A stretch of 32,000 bases of DNA from Candidatus Saccharimonadota bacterium (GCA_016699145.1 CP064962.1:420001-452000); one strand, 5' to 3'. Shown: positions 1-8,854, counted from the first letter of the stretch. Made by a program: numbers and translations. Notes: generated by a model from the letters alone, not told the origin.

Positions 1-125
1 AGATGAAAACTGCGTGTGAGCTTTTTCGTAGCTTCTTCATGCCTCCACTTTACACCACCACGAAGATGCGGGCACCCACTACATCCCTCGGGCTTACGCC
101 CGGGGAACTACGTCAGTTGATTAGA
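1..125 (-). mobile_element. IS200/IS605-family element, copy A, truncated by the window edge. Only the first 40 nt of tnpA (start codon at 38..40 on the minus strand) and the upstream end are present.
   Basis: Positions 1..125 are identical by eye to 4869..4993 and 6725..6849. They contain the imperfect hairpin CCCTCGGGC-TTAC-GCCCGGGG at 85..105. Confidence 0.85.
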
Positions 126-344
126 AATAATATGGTTAGAAAAAGAGCCATATTTCTCATCAAACTCTCGCCCCTTTATCTCATAGCGAGGACCTGGAGT
201 ATCCTCATCACGAAGTACTTCTGCAAATCGAGATCCATACGACCCCTTGGCTTCTTCAAGTAATCGACGGGCTTCTTCTTCGGATTTTCCTCTAGCAATC
301 AGAAGCTTTCTAGCCAGAGCATCTCTATATTCACTAGGGTTCAT
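126..344 (-). CDS. Hypothetical small protein whose 3' end is replaced by the IS200 copy A end. The ORF runs 108..344 and its last residues, SNQLT-stop, are IS-encoded.
   Basis: ORF 108..344 (78 aa) runs into the IS boundary at 125. The tail SNQLT* is identical to the tail of ORF 4976..5461, which abuts copy B. No family recognised. Confidence 0.5.
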
Positions 345-468
345 AGCGTTTCCTTAAATTTAAGCCTTCCCAGAATTATAACACTCCCTAAGCTATCTTT
401 CAATACAGGTAAGGTACAGAAGCTTCTTCCATGTACACTGCATCTACCACTATTCTTCTCATTTTGTT

Positions 469-497
469 TTGTTTCTGAAAACCACTGGTATTACAAT
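469..497 (+). promoter_or_regulatory. Putative sigma70-type promoter (TTGTTT, 17-nt spacer, TACAAT) upstream of the BNR-repeat gene
   Basis: Hexamers read directly at 469..474 and 492..497 with a 17-nt spacer. No other support. Confidence 0.3.
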
Positions 498-505
498 CAC
501 CAAGC

Positions 506-1675
506 TTGACTCCATTTTTCCCGTCTCACCACCCGACCTTGAACCCAAAAACCCTCATCATTGGAGCCTCTCTGCTAGGAAGCCTGGGCGTTTTAGCGGT
601 ATTTGTAGAACCGAATGCAGAGCCGAATCTAGATTCGACAGTGGAAGATGTGGCGGGCAGCCCCGAGCTGCTTTCCCTGGGGTTCAACAATGCCGAACAA
701 ATTGTGACGGACGAAGGGAGCAATGGCATCCACATGGCTTGGGTTGCGGACCAGCAACTGTTTTTTGTAAGCCGAAATGAAGAAGGCGTGCTCACAGCAA
801 AAAGCATGGCCGAGGGGAATATTCTGCTCCCTGCACTCGCTCAGTCAAAAAATCAGGTAGGCTTGGCTTGGGTAGAAAAAATCGACGGAGAAAATTTCGT
901 TCACGTGAGGATTTCACAAGACAGTGGAGAAAATTTTGGTGAGGCAAAAATACTGGGGTCGGGATCAGGAGTGTCTTTGCGTGCTTCTGGAGAACAGATG
1001 AGCCTGGCTTGGCACGAAAACGCAAGTCCACTGAGCTCAAAAATCATGCTGAGTGTGTGGGCTGAAAAGGAGTGGAGCGAGCCCATTCGTGTGGATGCTT
1101 CTACTCAGGCTCCCCTTTGGCCATCGGTGGCCATGGATGGCAGTGAACTCTACGTCACCTGGCGAGACAATCGTAACGGATACTACTCCATTTGGCTGCG
1201 TCGCTCCCTGGACGGAGGAAAAACTTGGGAAGAGGAACAGAACATCAGCAAAGCCATCAGCGGCGACCCTGACATCTGCCTTGGAGCGGAAAACACTGTT
1301 TGGCTGGCTCATCACGGAAAAGGCAACATCACCCTCAGGCAATCCACAGATGGTGGCGTGCATTTCAATCATGAAGAAAGCTTGGGAAGCGGCCACTTTG
1401 CGCACCTGAGTTGCAATAAGGAAACCGCAGCCATTGTGTGGGAAGACGGCGAAGCTGTGGCTTGGGCCTTCTACAAGAACGAGTTCAAAAAAATAGACGC
1501 GGGACAAATTCACGACGGCAAGACTGCAGCCGGCACCGCCTATCTCTCTCCAAAAAATGATTTTCTAGAAATTTTCTGGATAAAAATAACGGGGTCCACG
1601 CCATTATTGGGCAACTTACGCCATCAAAAAATATTCTTCAACACTTCCCAAACCCTCAAAAAAGACCTAAGTTAA
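506..1675 (+). CDS. BNR/Asp-box repeat (sialidase-like beta-propeller) protein with an N-terminal membrane anchor. The start is uncertain: TTG at 506 or in-frame TTG at 539 giving MNPKTLIIGASLLG...
   Basis: Repeated S-x-D-x-G-x-x-F/W motifs (SQDSGENF, SLDGGKTW, STDGGVHF). Hydrophobic N-terminal segment LIIGASLLGSLGVLAVFV. Confidence 0.7.
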   Translation: MTPFFPSHHPTLNPKTLIIGASLLGSLGVLAVFVEPNAEPNLDSTVEDVAGSPELLSLGFNNAEQIVTDEGSNGIHMAWVADQQLFFVSRNEEGVLTAKSMAEGNILLPALAQSKNQVGLAWVEKIDGENFVHVRISQDSGENFGEAKILGSGSGVSLRASGEQMSLAWHENASPLSSKIMLSVWAEKEWSEPIRVDASTQAPLWPSVAMDGSELYVTWRDNRNGYYSIWLRRSLDGGKTWEEEQNISKAISGDPDICLGAENTVWLAHHGKGNITLRQSTDGGVHFNHEESLGSGHFAHLSCNKETAAIVWEDGEAVAWAFYKNEFKKIDAGQIHDGKTAAGTAYLSPKNDFLEIFWIKITGSTPLLGNLRHQKIFFNTSQTLKKDLS

Positions 1676-1699
1676 ACACAGACCCTAGCCCAAAACTCC

Positions 1700-4078
1700 A
1701 TGAAGAAAAAAATCATTCTACTGCTCGCTTCCCTCAAAATTGTGATCTCTATTTTAAGTTTTTCTGCTCTCACTCAAGCGGAAAGCACTTTTTCAGATCT
1801 GGACTCCGAAGACCCCAGCCTCATCGCCATCGAAACCTTGGAAGACAACGGCGTGCTCCAAGGCTATCCAGATGGATCTTTTCGCTCCACCGACACCATC
1901 AATCGCGCTGAATTCATCAAAATGGTCGCAGAAGCTCAAGAGGACGACTTCAATGAATCCAACTGTTTCCCCGATGTGACAAGCGACTGGTACGCAAAAT
2001 ACGTCTGCTATGCCAAAACCGAAGGCTGGGTAGAAGGCTACGAAGATGGCTTGTTCCGACCTGCAAATCCCATCAATTTTGCCGAAGCCAGTAAAATCTT
2101 GGTCCGAGCCTTTGAACTCGAAGAAGACCCCACTCTCACCCCCTGGTACCGACCTCATGCCGAGGCTTTAGAAGACCTCGCAGCCATTCCCCCTTCTATC
2201 GGAGATTTTGAAAAAGAACTGATGCGCGGCGAAATGGCCGAAATGGTGTGGAGACTCAGCGAAGAAGAATACGAACTCGACTCCTTGACCTACGAAGATC
2301 TGGAAGGAAATTTAATCGCGCTGAACTCTTGTGAAGAACTGGAGGCACTTTTCCTCTCTGAACCCAGGGATTATTACTACACAGGCTACCCCGAGGAGGG
2401 GGATGCCGCCGATGTCAGTGCGACCCCCTCGGCTCCCACGGACTATTCCAGCACCAATGTGCAAGTGGAAGGCGTGGATGAGTTCGACATCATCAAAAAT
2501 GACGAGGAATACCTCTATACTTTGAAAGACAATCAGGTTCACATCCTAGACCTCTACCCCGCCGAAGCGATGAACACGGTGGCAACCCTCACCTTTGACG
2601 ATCTCTCTTTCACTCCCAGTCAAATGACGCTCAGTGAAAACCGCTTGGTGGTGGTGGGCAGTGAATACGATTACGACGGCACTTCTTTTCACAGCAATCG
2701 AACCGGAGTCTACATTTACGATGTCACCGATCCCTCTGAACCTTCTTTGCTGCGAGACCTGCATGTGGACGGTTATTATGAAAACGCTCGTCGCATTGAA
2801 GATGAGCTCTACTTGATCCTGAACAAAAACGCAGGCATGTACTGGGGCGACTACGACACCATGCCAACTCAAATTGCTGCCGAAGAGGTCTTGCCTCACC
2901 TCACCGATTCCCTCACTGGAGTGAGCCAAGAAATTGCTCCTTGTGAGGCCATTCGTTATATGCCTCGCACCACTCGCCTCAGCTATGTGATCACCCTGGC
3001 CATCCCTCTTGTTGAAGAAGATCCCGTGGATGCGGAAGTGTTCATTGGTTCCAGCGACAACCTTTACGTTTCCAACCAAAACATCTACCTCAGCAGAAGC
3101 ACCTATTCTTCTCCCAGCGACTATTACTACGACGCCTCCACAAGCAAGACTTTGATCCATCGAATCGCTTTGGATGAGGGCCAGATTGAGTACACAAGCA
3201 GTGGAAAAATTTCCGGCACGTTTTTGAATCAATTCAGCATGGACGAACATGAGGGCTATTTGCGAGTGGCCAGCCAAGTCTCTTCTGTCCAAGGCTCCCA
3301 AGGCTTGAGCAGTCGCCTCACGATTTTGGACGAAAATATGAATGCAGTGAGCAGCATCGCCAACCTGGCTCCCGGGGAAACCTTGCACGCCGCTCGCTTC
3401 ATGGGAGACCGCGGCTATCTAGTGACTTTCGAAAAAGTGGATCCTCTCTTTGCCTTTGACCTGTCAGACCCCCGCAACCCCGAGCTTTTGGGTGAATTGA
3501 AAATCCCAGGTTACAGCGATTATTTACATCCTTACGGGGACCATTATTTGATTGGATTTGGGAAAGACGTCACCAACGCCAGCGCCGAGCAGGAAGCCTT
3601 GCGTGAACTCAATTTCTCTTGGTATCAAGGCTTAAAAGTGGCTTTGTTTGATGTGGAGGATGTGAGCAACCCTCAGCAACTCTACAGTCTAGGCATCGGC
3701 GATCGCGGCACGGACTCCGAACTTTTATACGACCACAAAGCTCTGCTCTTCGATCCAATCAGCGGCCAATTGAGCTTCCCTGTGACTTTGGCACAGCACA
3801 CTGAGGAAAATCCTGACTCCAATGAATTCGGAGAAACAGCGTTCCAAGGGGCTTATTTCTACAGCATCGATCCTGAAAATGGCTTCCTTTATGAAGGCCG
3901 CGCCACCCATTACGAAGACGGCGCATTCGAAGACGGCTCTTATTACGCAAGCCGATCCGAAGAAAACTACATCAATCGCATCATTTACATTGGCGACACT
4001 TTCTACACCCTTTCCGAAGGCAAAGTGCGCGCCCTGAGCCGCGAAAGCTTAGAAGAGGTGGGAGAGGTGAGTTTGTAA
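1700..4078 (+). CDS. Secreted SLH-domain protein with a C-terminal beta-propeller domain (Beta_propel/PF09826-like)
   Basis: Signal peptide MKKKIILLLASLKIVISILSFSALTQA. Two SLH repeats (FSDLD..GVLQGYPDGSFRSTDTINRAEF; FPDVTSDWYAKYV..GWVEGYEDGLFRPANPINFAE). The motif TNVQVEGVDEFDIIKNDEEYLY is typical of the bacterial beta-propeller family. Confidence 0.8.
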   Translation: MKKKIILLLASLKIVISILSFSALTQAESTFSDLDSEDPSLIAIETLEDNGVLQGYPDGSFRSTDTINRAEFIKMVAEAQEDDFNESNCFPDVTSDWYAKYVCYAKTEGWVEGYEDGLFRPANPINFAEASKILVRAFELEEDPTLTPWYRPHAEALEDLAAIPPSIGDFEKELMRGEMAEMVWRLSEEEYELDSLTYEDLEGNLIALNSCEELEALFLSEPRDYYYTGYPEEGDAADVSATPSAPTDYSSTNVQVEGVDEFDIIKNDEEYLYTLKDNQVHILDLYPAEAMNTVATLTFDDLSFTPSQMTLSENRLVVVGSEYDYDGTSFHSNRTGVYIYDVTDPSEPSLLRDLHVDGYYENARRIEDELYLILNKNAGMYWGDYDTMPTQIAAEEVLPHLTDSLTGVSQEIAPCEAIRYMPRTTRLSYVITLAIPLVEEDPVDAEVFIGSSDNLYVSNQNIYLSRSTYSSPSDYYYDASTSKTLIHRIALDEGQIEYTSSGKISGTFLNQFSMDEHEGYLRVASQVSSVQGSQGLSSRLTILDENMNAVSSIANLAPGETLHAARFMGDRGYLVTFEKVDPLFAFDLSDPRNPELLGELKIPGYSDYLHPYGDHYLIGFGKDVTNASAEQEALRELNFSWYQGLKVALFDVEDVSNPQQLYSLGIGDRGTDSELLYDHKALLFDPISGQLSFPVTLAQHTEENPDSNEFGETAFQGAYFYSIDPENGFLYEGRATHYEDGAFEDGSYYASRSEENYINRIIYIGDTFYTLSEGKVRALSRESLEEVGEVSL

Positions 4079-4093
4079 ATTTGTAAATGCCGA

Positions 4094-4381
4094 TCAATTA
4101 GCCTTAGGCATAAAATCCACCAACCACCTTCCTAGTGCACCTCTATTCACCAAATTCTCTTGCCTCCAATGGCCTCCTCCCACAGTGACAGAAAAGTCTA
4201 GTCTTTGACCAGATTTCTTCGGGGTGACCAAATAGTTTCCAAGGGCCTGACTGAGTTCCGTGGAAAGCGCCGCAGAATACGGCGTAGGCACTGGAGCAGT
4301 CTGGTCACAAGGAACAGCTCCAAGGTAACTACCAGCATTTCTTATGCCATGAACAACTGCAGGTAAAATCGGCATAGACAC
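4094..4381 (-). CDS. Hypothetical protein or gene fragment (GTG start; ATG two codons downstream). The frame stays open upstream to the IS200 copy B boundary at 4444.
   Basis: ORF track entry. I translated 4382..4444 in the same frame and found no stop. No family recognised. Confidence 0.35.
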   Translation of the reverse strand: MSMPILPAVVHGIRNAGSYLGAVPCDQTAPVPTPYSAALSTELSQALGNYLVTPKKSGQRLDFSVTVGGGHWRQENLVNRGALGRWLVDFMPKAN

Positions 4382-4443
4382 ATCCCTATAAAGGTCAAAT
4401 CGTGATACCTTTCCTGACTCTCTAGGAACCCAATCGGCAGAAA

Positions 4444-4993
4444 ATGAACCTCCCCGAGCTTACGCTCGGGGTTTCAGCCTAGTTCAAGCTGCGCTTGGCC
4501 CGCATCTTCTTCGCCCTGTTGTTGGATATACTTTCGAATGACCTCCTCGTTAATCCCAACTGTGGAGGCAAAGTAACCTGCCGACCAAATACTTCTCGTC
4601 CCCCAGTACACTTTTCTAAGAAACGGAAACTTTATGTTCAACTCACGAGCTGTGTTGGCTTTTATTATTCTCACCACCTCTCCCACTGCTATTTGTGGAG
4701 GTATGGAAATTAAAATATGTACATGGTCTAAATCCGTGTTTACCTCTTTCACCACCAGTTCCGGATAGTACTTCGGAATATCCTTCATCACTTCCTGCAG
4801 AAAAGCCAACACACCTTCGTTGAATATCTTCCGACGGTATTTGGTCGGCCAAACTAAGTGATAGTCACAGATGAAAACTGCGTGTGAGCTTTTTCGTAGC
4901 TTCTTCATGCCTCCACTTTACACCACCACGAAGATGCGGGCACCCACTACATCCCTCGGGCTTACGCCCGGGGAACTACGTCAGTTGATTAGA
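4444..4993 (-). mobile_element. IS200/IS605-family insertion sequence, copy B (tnpA only, about 548-550 bp)
   Basis: Identical to 6300..6849 at an offset of 1856. Subterminal hairpins: CCCCGAGC-TTAC-GCTCGGGG at 4452..4471 and CCCTCGGGC-TTAC-GCCCGGGG with a bulged T at 4953..4973. Encodes a Y1 HUH transposase. The outermost 1-2 nt on the left are ambiguous. Confidence 0.9.
4474..4908 (-). CDS. tnpA: IS200/IS605-family Y1 (HUH) transposase TnpA
   Basis: 144 aa. Has the HUH motif (DHVHILISIPP) and the C-terminal catalytic Tyr context (RSIWSAGYFASTVG). N-terminus YHLVWPTKYRR is typical of the family. Confidence 0.92.
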   Translation of the reverse strand: MKKLRKSSHAVFICDYHLVWPTKYRRKIFNEGVLAFLQEVMKDIPKYYPELVVKEVNTDLDHVHILISIPPQIAVGEVVRIIKANTARELNIKFPFLRKVYWGTRSIWSAGYFASTVGINEEVIRKYIQQQGEEDAGQAQLELG

Positions 4994-5395
4994 AGTAGGA
5001 CAGTTTGGCGTATGCTCTAAACCAATAGGGAAGCGTAATCCAGAAGCAGAAGTTTGAAAACTCAAAAGGTCTGCTTTAAGTATACCTCTACCTTGTAAAG
5101 AATCTGCTAAAGTACGACGCACTGCCAACACTTCTCCCGCTACTCCTAGGCCACCTGATGTTAATGCACGCAGTACCTCCGTTTTACCAGTCGATTCTAT
5201 TCGATCCAATTCAGTCAAAAAAGCTGTCAAGGCTTCTGGATCAACCGAAGCGACACCTTTTCCTATTTTCAAAATACCAGTGGAATCGTCAAGAGAAGCA
5301 GCTTGTAATTTGTGTAACCACAGCGGAAGAGCAGTGCCTGCTTGAGTATAAATAGCGTGGACCCCTTCATTGGCTGTTGATATGATTTCAGACAT
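4994..5395 (-). CDS. Hypothetical protein with its 3' end disrupted by IS200 copy B. The likely ATG start is at 5395; the track ORF starts at TTG 5461.
   Basis: ORF 4976..5461 ends in the IS-encoded SNQLT*. If a 548-nt element is removed, the frame closes 7 codons later (..PNCPT-IFCRLGS*), so the insertion is probably near the native C-terminus. No family recognised. Confidence 0.5.
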
Positions 5396-5481
5396 TAATA
5401 AAATGGATGATAAGGTAAAAGAAAAAGAGTATAAACCTTTAAATTGAAATGTCAATGTCAAGAAAGTTCTAGCTTCAGCCT

Positions 5482-5503
5482 TAACCGCTTTCAGAAGCGG
5501 TTA
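5482..5503 (-). terminator. Perfect 9-bp hairpin (TAACCGCTT-TCAG-AAGCGGTTA) just downstream of the ATP-grasp gene stop
   Basis: Read directly from the sequence. There is no clear U-tract on the minus strand, so intrinsic-terminator function is uncertain. Confidence 0.3.
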
Positions 5504-6299
5504 TTACTATTTATGGATAGGTTCTAAATCAAAAAGTGGAGACCTAAGGCCTAAAACCTGAAGTTGTTCTATATTTGATCCAAGCGCCTCAGGTTGATCA
5601 AAAAGGACACCGCCATTCAACCAAACAGCCCCCTTTTGAGGAGAACAAGAAACAAGATTCAAAACCTGGGCAGGGTCTCCAAAACGAGCAACCGTAGCAA
5701 ATCGGTCCACAAACTCAGTCCAATCTCCTCTAAAGGCCCCACTGAAACACAAAAGAGATTTGCTACCAAACGAACCTTCATTCGATTGAAAAGTCTGAGC
5801 CATCGTGGCCGTCATTCGACAATTAAAATCTATAAAAAAGAAGTTGTCCTCTGCATCAATCAAAACATCCACCCCTCCCACTCCCAACCATCCTTTTTCT
5901 TTCAATTTAGGAAGAACATGCGTAAGCAAAACAGATTGAATCTGAGATAAAACCCCAGAAGATTCAGCCTCATTTCTAACAATCCCTCCTAAGTATTCTC
6001 CACTAGGAGCTGTTAACATAAATAGAGGAGTGGTGTAGAGTGAAGTTACTCTAACCCTAACGCCATGTACCAGATGCTAACGGATGAACAGTTCAAACTG
6101 ATCCAGCCTTATTTTCCAAAGCCCAGAAAGCCTGAAAAGATTCCACTGAAACGTTGCATGGATGCCATTTGTTATGTACTTAAAACAGGGTGCGCATGGA
6201 GACAAATGCCCTACGATTACAGAGAAAAAGAGAATGACTGGCACACGATTTATACAAGATACAAACGGTGGAGCGAATCTGGACTTTTTGGACAAATGC

Positions 6300-6849
6300 A
6301 TGAACCTCCCCGAGCTTACGCTCGGGGTTTCAGCCTAGTTCAAGCTGCGCTTGGCCCGCATCTTCTTCGCCCTGTTGTTGGATATACTTTCGAATGACCT
6401 CCTCGTTAATCCCAACTGTGGAGGCAAAGTAACCTGCCGACCAAATACTTCTCGTCCCCCAGTACACTTTTCTAAGAAACGGAAACTTTATGTTCAACTC
6501 ACGAGCTGTGTTGGCTTTTATTATTCTCACCACCTCTCCCACTGCTATTTGTGGAGGTATGGAAATTAAAATATGTACATGGTCTAAATCCGTGTTTACC
6601 TCTTTCACCACCAGTTCCGGATAGTACTTCGGAATATCCTTCATCACTTCCTGCAGAAAAGCCAACACACCTTCGTTGAATATCTTCCGACGGTATTTGG
6701 TCGGCCAAACTAAGTGATAGTCACAGATGAAAACTGCGTGTGAGCTTTTTCGTAGCTTCTTCATGCCTCCACTTTACACCACCACGAAGATGCGGGCACC
6801 CACTACATCCCTCGGGCTTACGCCCGGGGAACTACGTCAGTTGATTAGA
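6300..6849 (-). mobile_element. IS200/IS605-family insertion sequence, copy C, inserted inside the IS5-family transposase gene
   Basis: Identical to copy B across the element. Hairpins at 6308..6327 and 6809..6829. Confidence 0.9.
6330..6764 (-). CDS. tnpA: IS200/IS605-family Y1 (HUH) transposase TnpA (copy C)
   Basis: The 144-aa translation is identical to that of 4474..4908. Confidence 0.92.
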   Translation of the reverse strand: MKKLRKSSHAVFICDYHLVWPTKYRRKIFNEGVLAFLQEVMKDIPKYYPELVVKEVNTDLDHVHILISIPPQIAVGEVVRIIKANTARELNIKFPFLRKVYWGTRSIWSAGYFASTVGINEEVIRKYIQQQGEEDAGQAQLELG

Positions 6850-6939
6850 GCACTTGAAGTAGCAGATGTACTTCAAGTGCGAATAGCTTTCCTGGACAGT
6901 ACAACAAATAGAGCGCACCACAGTGCAGCGGGAGCCATG

Positions 6940-6947
6940 AAAAAAAG
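6940..6947 (+). other. A7G slippery heptamer: probable programmed -1 ribosomal frameshift site joining IS5 OrfA to OrfB
   Basis: The sequence is AAAAAAAG. The 0 frame ends 5 codons later (..MKKRGHKR*). The -1 frame is open from 6912 and reads ..KKGPQALGRSRGGYTTKIH, the conserved IS5-family junction. Confidence 0.6.
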
Positions 6948-8203
6948 GGGCCACAAGCGTTAGGCCGAAGTAGAGGTGGGTACACTACAAAAATTCACAT
7001 GATTGCTGGAGATCCAGATCATGGGATGCACTTTGTTTTAACAGGTGGTGAAGTGAGCGATGTGAAAGTTGGAAAACAAATTTTGAGAGATTATTCGTTT
7101 CCAAAAACAGTAGATCATTTGGCTATGGACAAAGGTTATTCATGCTACAAAGTTCTGGAGCTGTGCAAAGAAAAAGGCATAACTCCAGTCGTTCCTCCAA
7201 AGGCAAAAATGAAATTTCCGTGGGAATACAACAAGAACATTTATGCCTACCGCAACGAGATTGAACGCCTATTTCACCGAATGAAAAATCACAGAAGAAT
7301 TTCAACTCGCTATGACAAATTAGACCTGATGTATGCCTCCTTTATCTCCCTCTGCCTTGTGGCACTTTTACTCAAAGTCTTATGTTAACAGCTCCTAGGG
7401 CCTGTTTTTTCTTCTGAATAACCGAAGAAACCCATAGTCCCATCAGGGTGAATAAAAAACTTAACATCAAACTCTTTTTGTTTATCTACATATTCTTGAA
7501 CAACAATCGTACAATCTAAAGTAGAAAACTTAGCCTGTGCCTCAGTGAAATCATGTGGACCTCTACAAATCCTCACGCCATCACCCCTCCAGAAGAAGTG
7601 AGTTTTATGACACACGGATATTCAAAACGATGAGGAGCTGCTTGAGCAAAAGCAGAACCATTCTCATAACGAGCCATTTCTCTAATACGATATTCAGAAG
7701 GAACCAACTCTTCTAAATTTTTCTTGTCATTCAAATGCACCGTGACTTCAGGTTTAACCATATATTTATTCGCAAGACGAGGGTCCAAAAAAGGTTGAGC
7801 CATTACTAAACGACCATCTGGGGCATACCTAGCCAAAGCCTGGATAAGAATCTCATTACGTCGAGAAGGGTCCCTTACAGAATCAAGAGCCTGCGGAAGG
7901 ATAAGCTGTTGGTTTGGGCTTACTAAAGGAACTCCAAAATTTCCTGTCAAAGTCTCATAAACACCATTCTTTACAGAATTTGAATAAACGACAACCTTCA
8001 CGCCAGGTCCTGCACATACCATAGGTCGGCCAGCGACACACTCCTCATCTTCAGGTGAAGATTCATTTAAAAAATGAGAATCCCAACCAAAGGGAAATCC
8101 ATAAAAATACACAGTCTCTTTTGGGAAGACACGACCAAGGTGGGAAGGTTGTTTCATAACAATGATAATTTACAACATAATTTATATCTAGTCAACGCTC
8201 GCC

Positions 8204-8854
8204 CTAAGAAATCAACCCAATAATTAAAGGTTGGACTCCCAACACCGCTTTAAAAGTAAATTTAAGACCATAAGCAATCAAAATATAAGATCCTACTCGC
8301 ATCAGTTTTTTAAGCATCCACTGATGAAAAATATGCCGCACTATAAAGGTCAAACCAGCAATTCCAAAAGAAGCGAGTACACCACCCAAAGCCACGTTTG
8401 CAGAAAACCCATAAGGACTGATCTCATGCGCATGAGCACTGTACAAGCTGCCTACAACGACCAATGAAAAAACAATGGCCATAGGGTTAACCAAACACAT
8501 GAGTCCACCCTTTATAAAATCCGAATCAAAAAAACGCAACTTATGACGATGCATGTGCTGCAAACTACGTTTATGGGTGTGATCGTTCAAACTGTGATAT
8601 CCCATGCTCGTGAGCATATAAGCCGCCAAACACCACATGAGGGTTTGAACCCATGGGATTTGAATGAATTGAGCGGCACCTGTAGTGCCAAGCATCAAAT
8701 AACAAGCATCCACCAAAGTCGCTCCTAAAATAACCTGAGCTTGAAAGAAAAACCCTCGCCTAGGGTTGAGCCCCTCACGAATACCATAAAGAGTGATGGG
8801 CCCTATGATGAAACCCTGACTGAGTCCGAATAAAAATGCCTCCGGGAACAACAT
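8204..8854 (-). CDS. LysE/RhtB-family amino-acid (small-molecule) exporter
   Basis: 216 aa with about 6 TM segments. N-terminus FLFGLSQGFIIGPITLYGIREGL is typical of LysE-type translocators. Confidence 0.65.
   Translation of the reverse strand: MLFPEAFLFGLSQGFIIGPITLYGIREGLNPRRGFFFQAQVILGATLVDACYLMLGTTGAAQFIQIPWVQTLMWCLAAYMLTSMGYHSLNDHTHKRSLQHMHRHKLRFFDSDFIKGGLMCLVNPMAIVFSLVVVGSLYSAHAHEISPYGFSANVALGGVLASFGIAGLTFIVRHIFHQWMLKKLMRVGSYILIAYGLKFTFKAVLGVQPLIIGLIS

Larger units (their letters stand above)
6065..7388 (+). pseudogene. IS5-family transposase (OrfA/OrfB joined by a -1 frameshift), interrupted by IS200 copy C
   Basis: N-terminus MLTDEQFKLIQPYFP..CAWRQMP..RYKRWSESGLF. It resumes after the insert as ALEVADV..IAFLDSTTNRAHHSAAGAMKK. 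The DDE C-terminus reads GRSRGGYTTKIH..DKGY..YRNEIERLFHRMKNHRRISTRYDK. Deleting 6302..6849 restores the OrfA frame. Confidence 0.85.
6006..7395 (+). mobile_element. IS5-family insertion sequence of a small two-ORF subgroup (IS427/IS1031/ISL2-like), itself interrupted by IS200 copy C. Native length is about 840 bp.
   Basis: 16-bp perfect terminal inverted repeats GGAGCTGTTAACATAA (6006..6021 versus the reverse complement of 7380..7395). Flanked by a TA duplication (6004..6005 and 7396..7397) within a CTAG context. Encodes DUF4096-like and DDE transposase segments. Confidence 0.85.
5507..8157 (-). pseudogene. ATP-grasp ligase gene carrying two lesions: a frameshift in a G4/C4 run (7584..7587) and an IS5-family insertion (6006..7395)
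   Basis: Three collinear minus-strand ORFs (8157..7573, 7615..7385, 6019..5507) read as one ATP-grasp protein: ..CVIKLTSSGG|GDGVRICRG.. (P-loop-like region), IVVQEYVD, and GVGGVDVLIDAEDNFFFIDFNCRM. Removing 6006..7395 plus one TA restores ..EEKTGPSGEYLGG.. in frame. Confidence 0.8.

Noticed and set aside
3-263. Plus-strand ORFs 3..263 and 6727..6963, which share the N-terminus MKTACELFRSFFMPPLYTTTKMRAPTTSLGLTPGELRQLIR
   Set aside because: The shared part is simply the antisense reading of the tnpA 5' end and the IS terminus. The ORFs then run into unrelated flanking DNA, so they are chimeric artefacts. The tail of 6727..6963 is really the displaced IS5 OrfA frame.
2546-3388. 280-aa minus-strand ORF inside the SLH/beta-propeller gene
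   Set aside because: It is entirely antisense to a well-supported 792-aa gene with clear domain motifs. Its translation is low-complexity with no motifs, so I treat it as a shadow ORF.
4094-5461. ORFs 4976..5461 and 4094..4381 as two halves of a single gene split by IS200 copy B
   Set aside because: Joining them in frame needs removal of 549 nt, whereas the copy C junction needs 548 or 551 nt to restore the IS5 frame. With a 548-nt element the upstream gene ends naturally 7 codons past the junction. I therefore keep them as separate features and have not confirmed either model.
1-6849. Repeated identical segments considered as a possible CRISPR or other array
   Set aside because: The repeat units are 550 bp, encode a transposase, and are spaced 1.3-4.3 kb apart. 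They are IS copies. I saw no short direct-repeat/spacer periodicity anywhere in the window.
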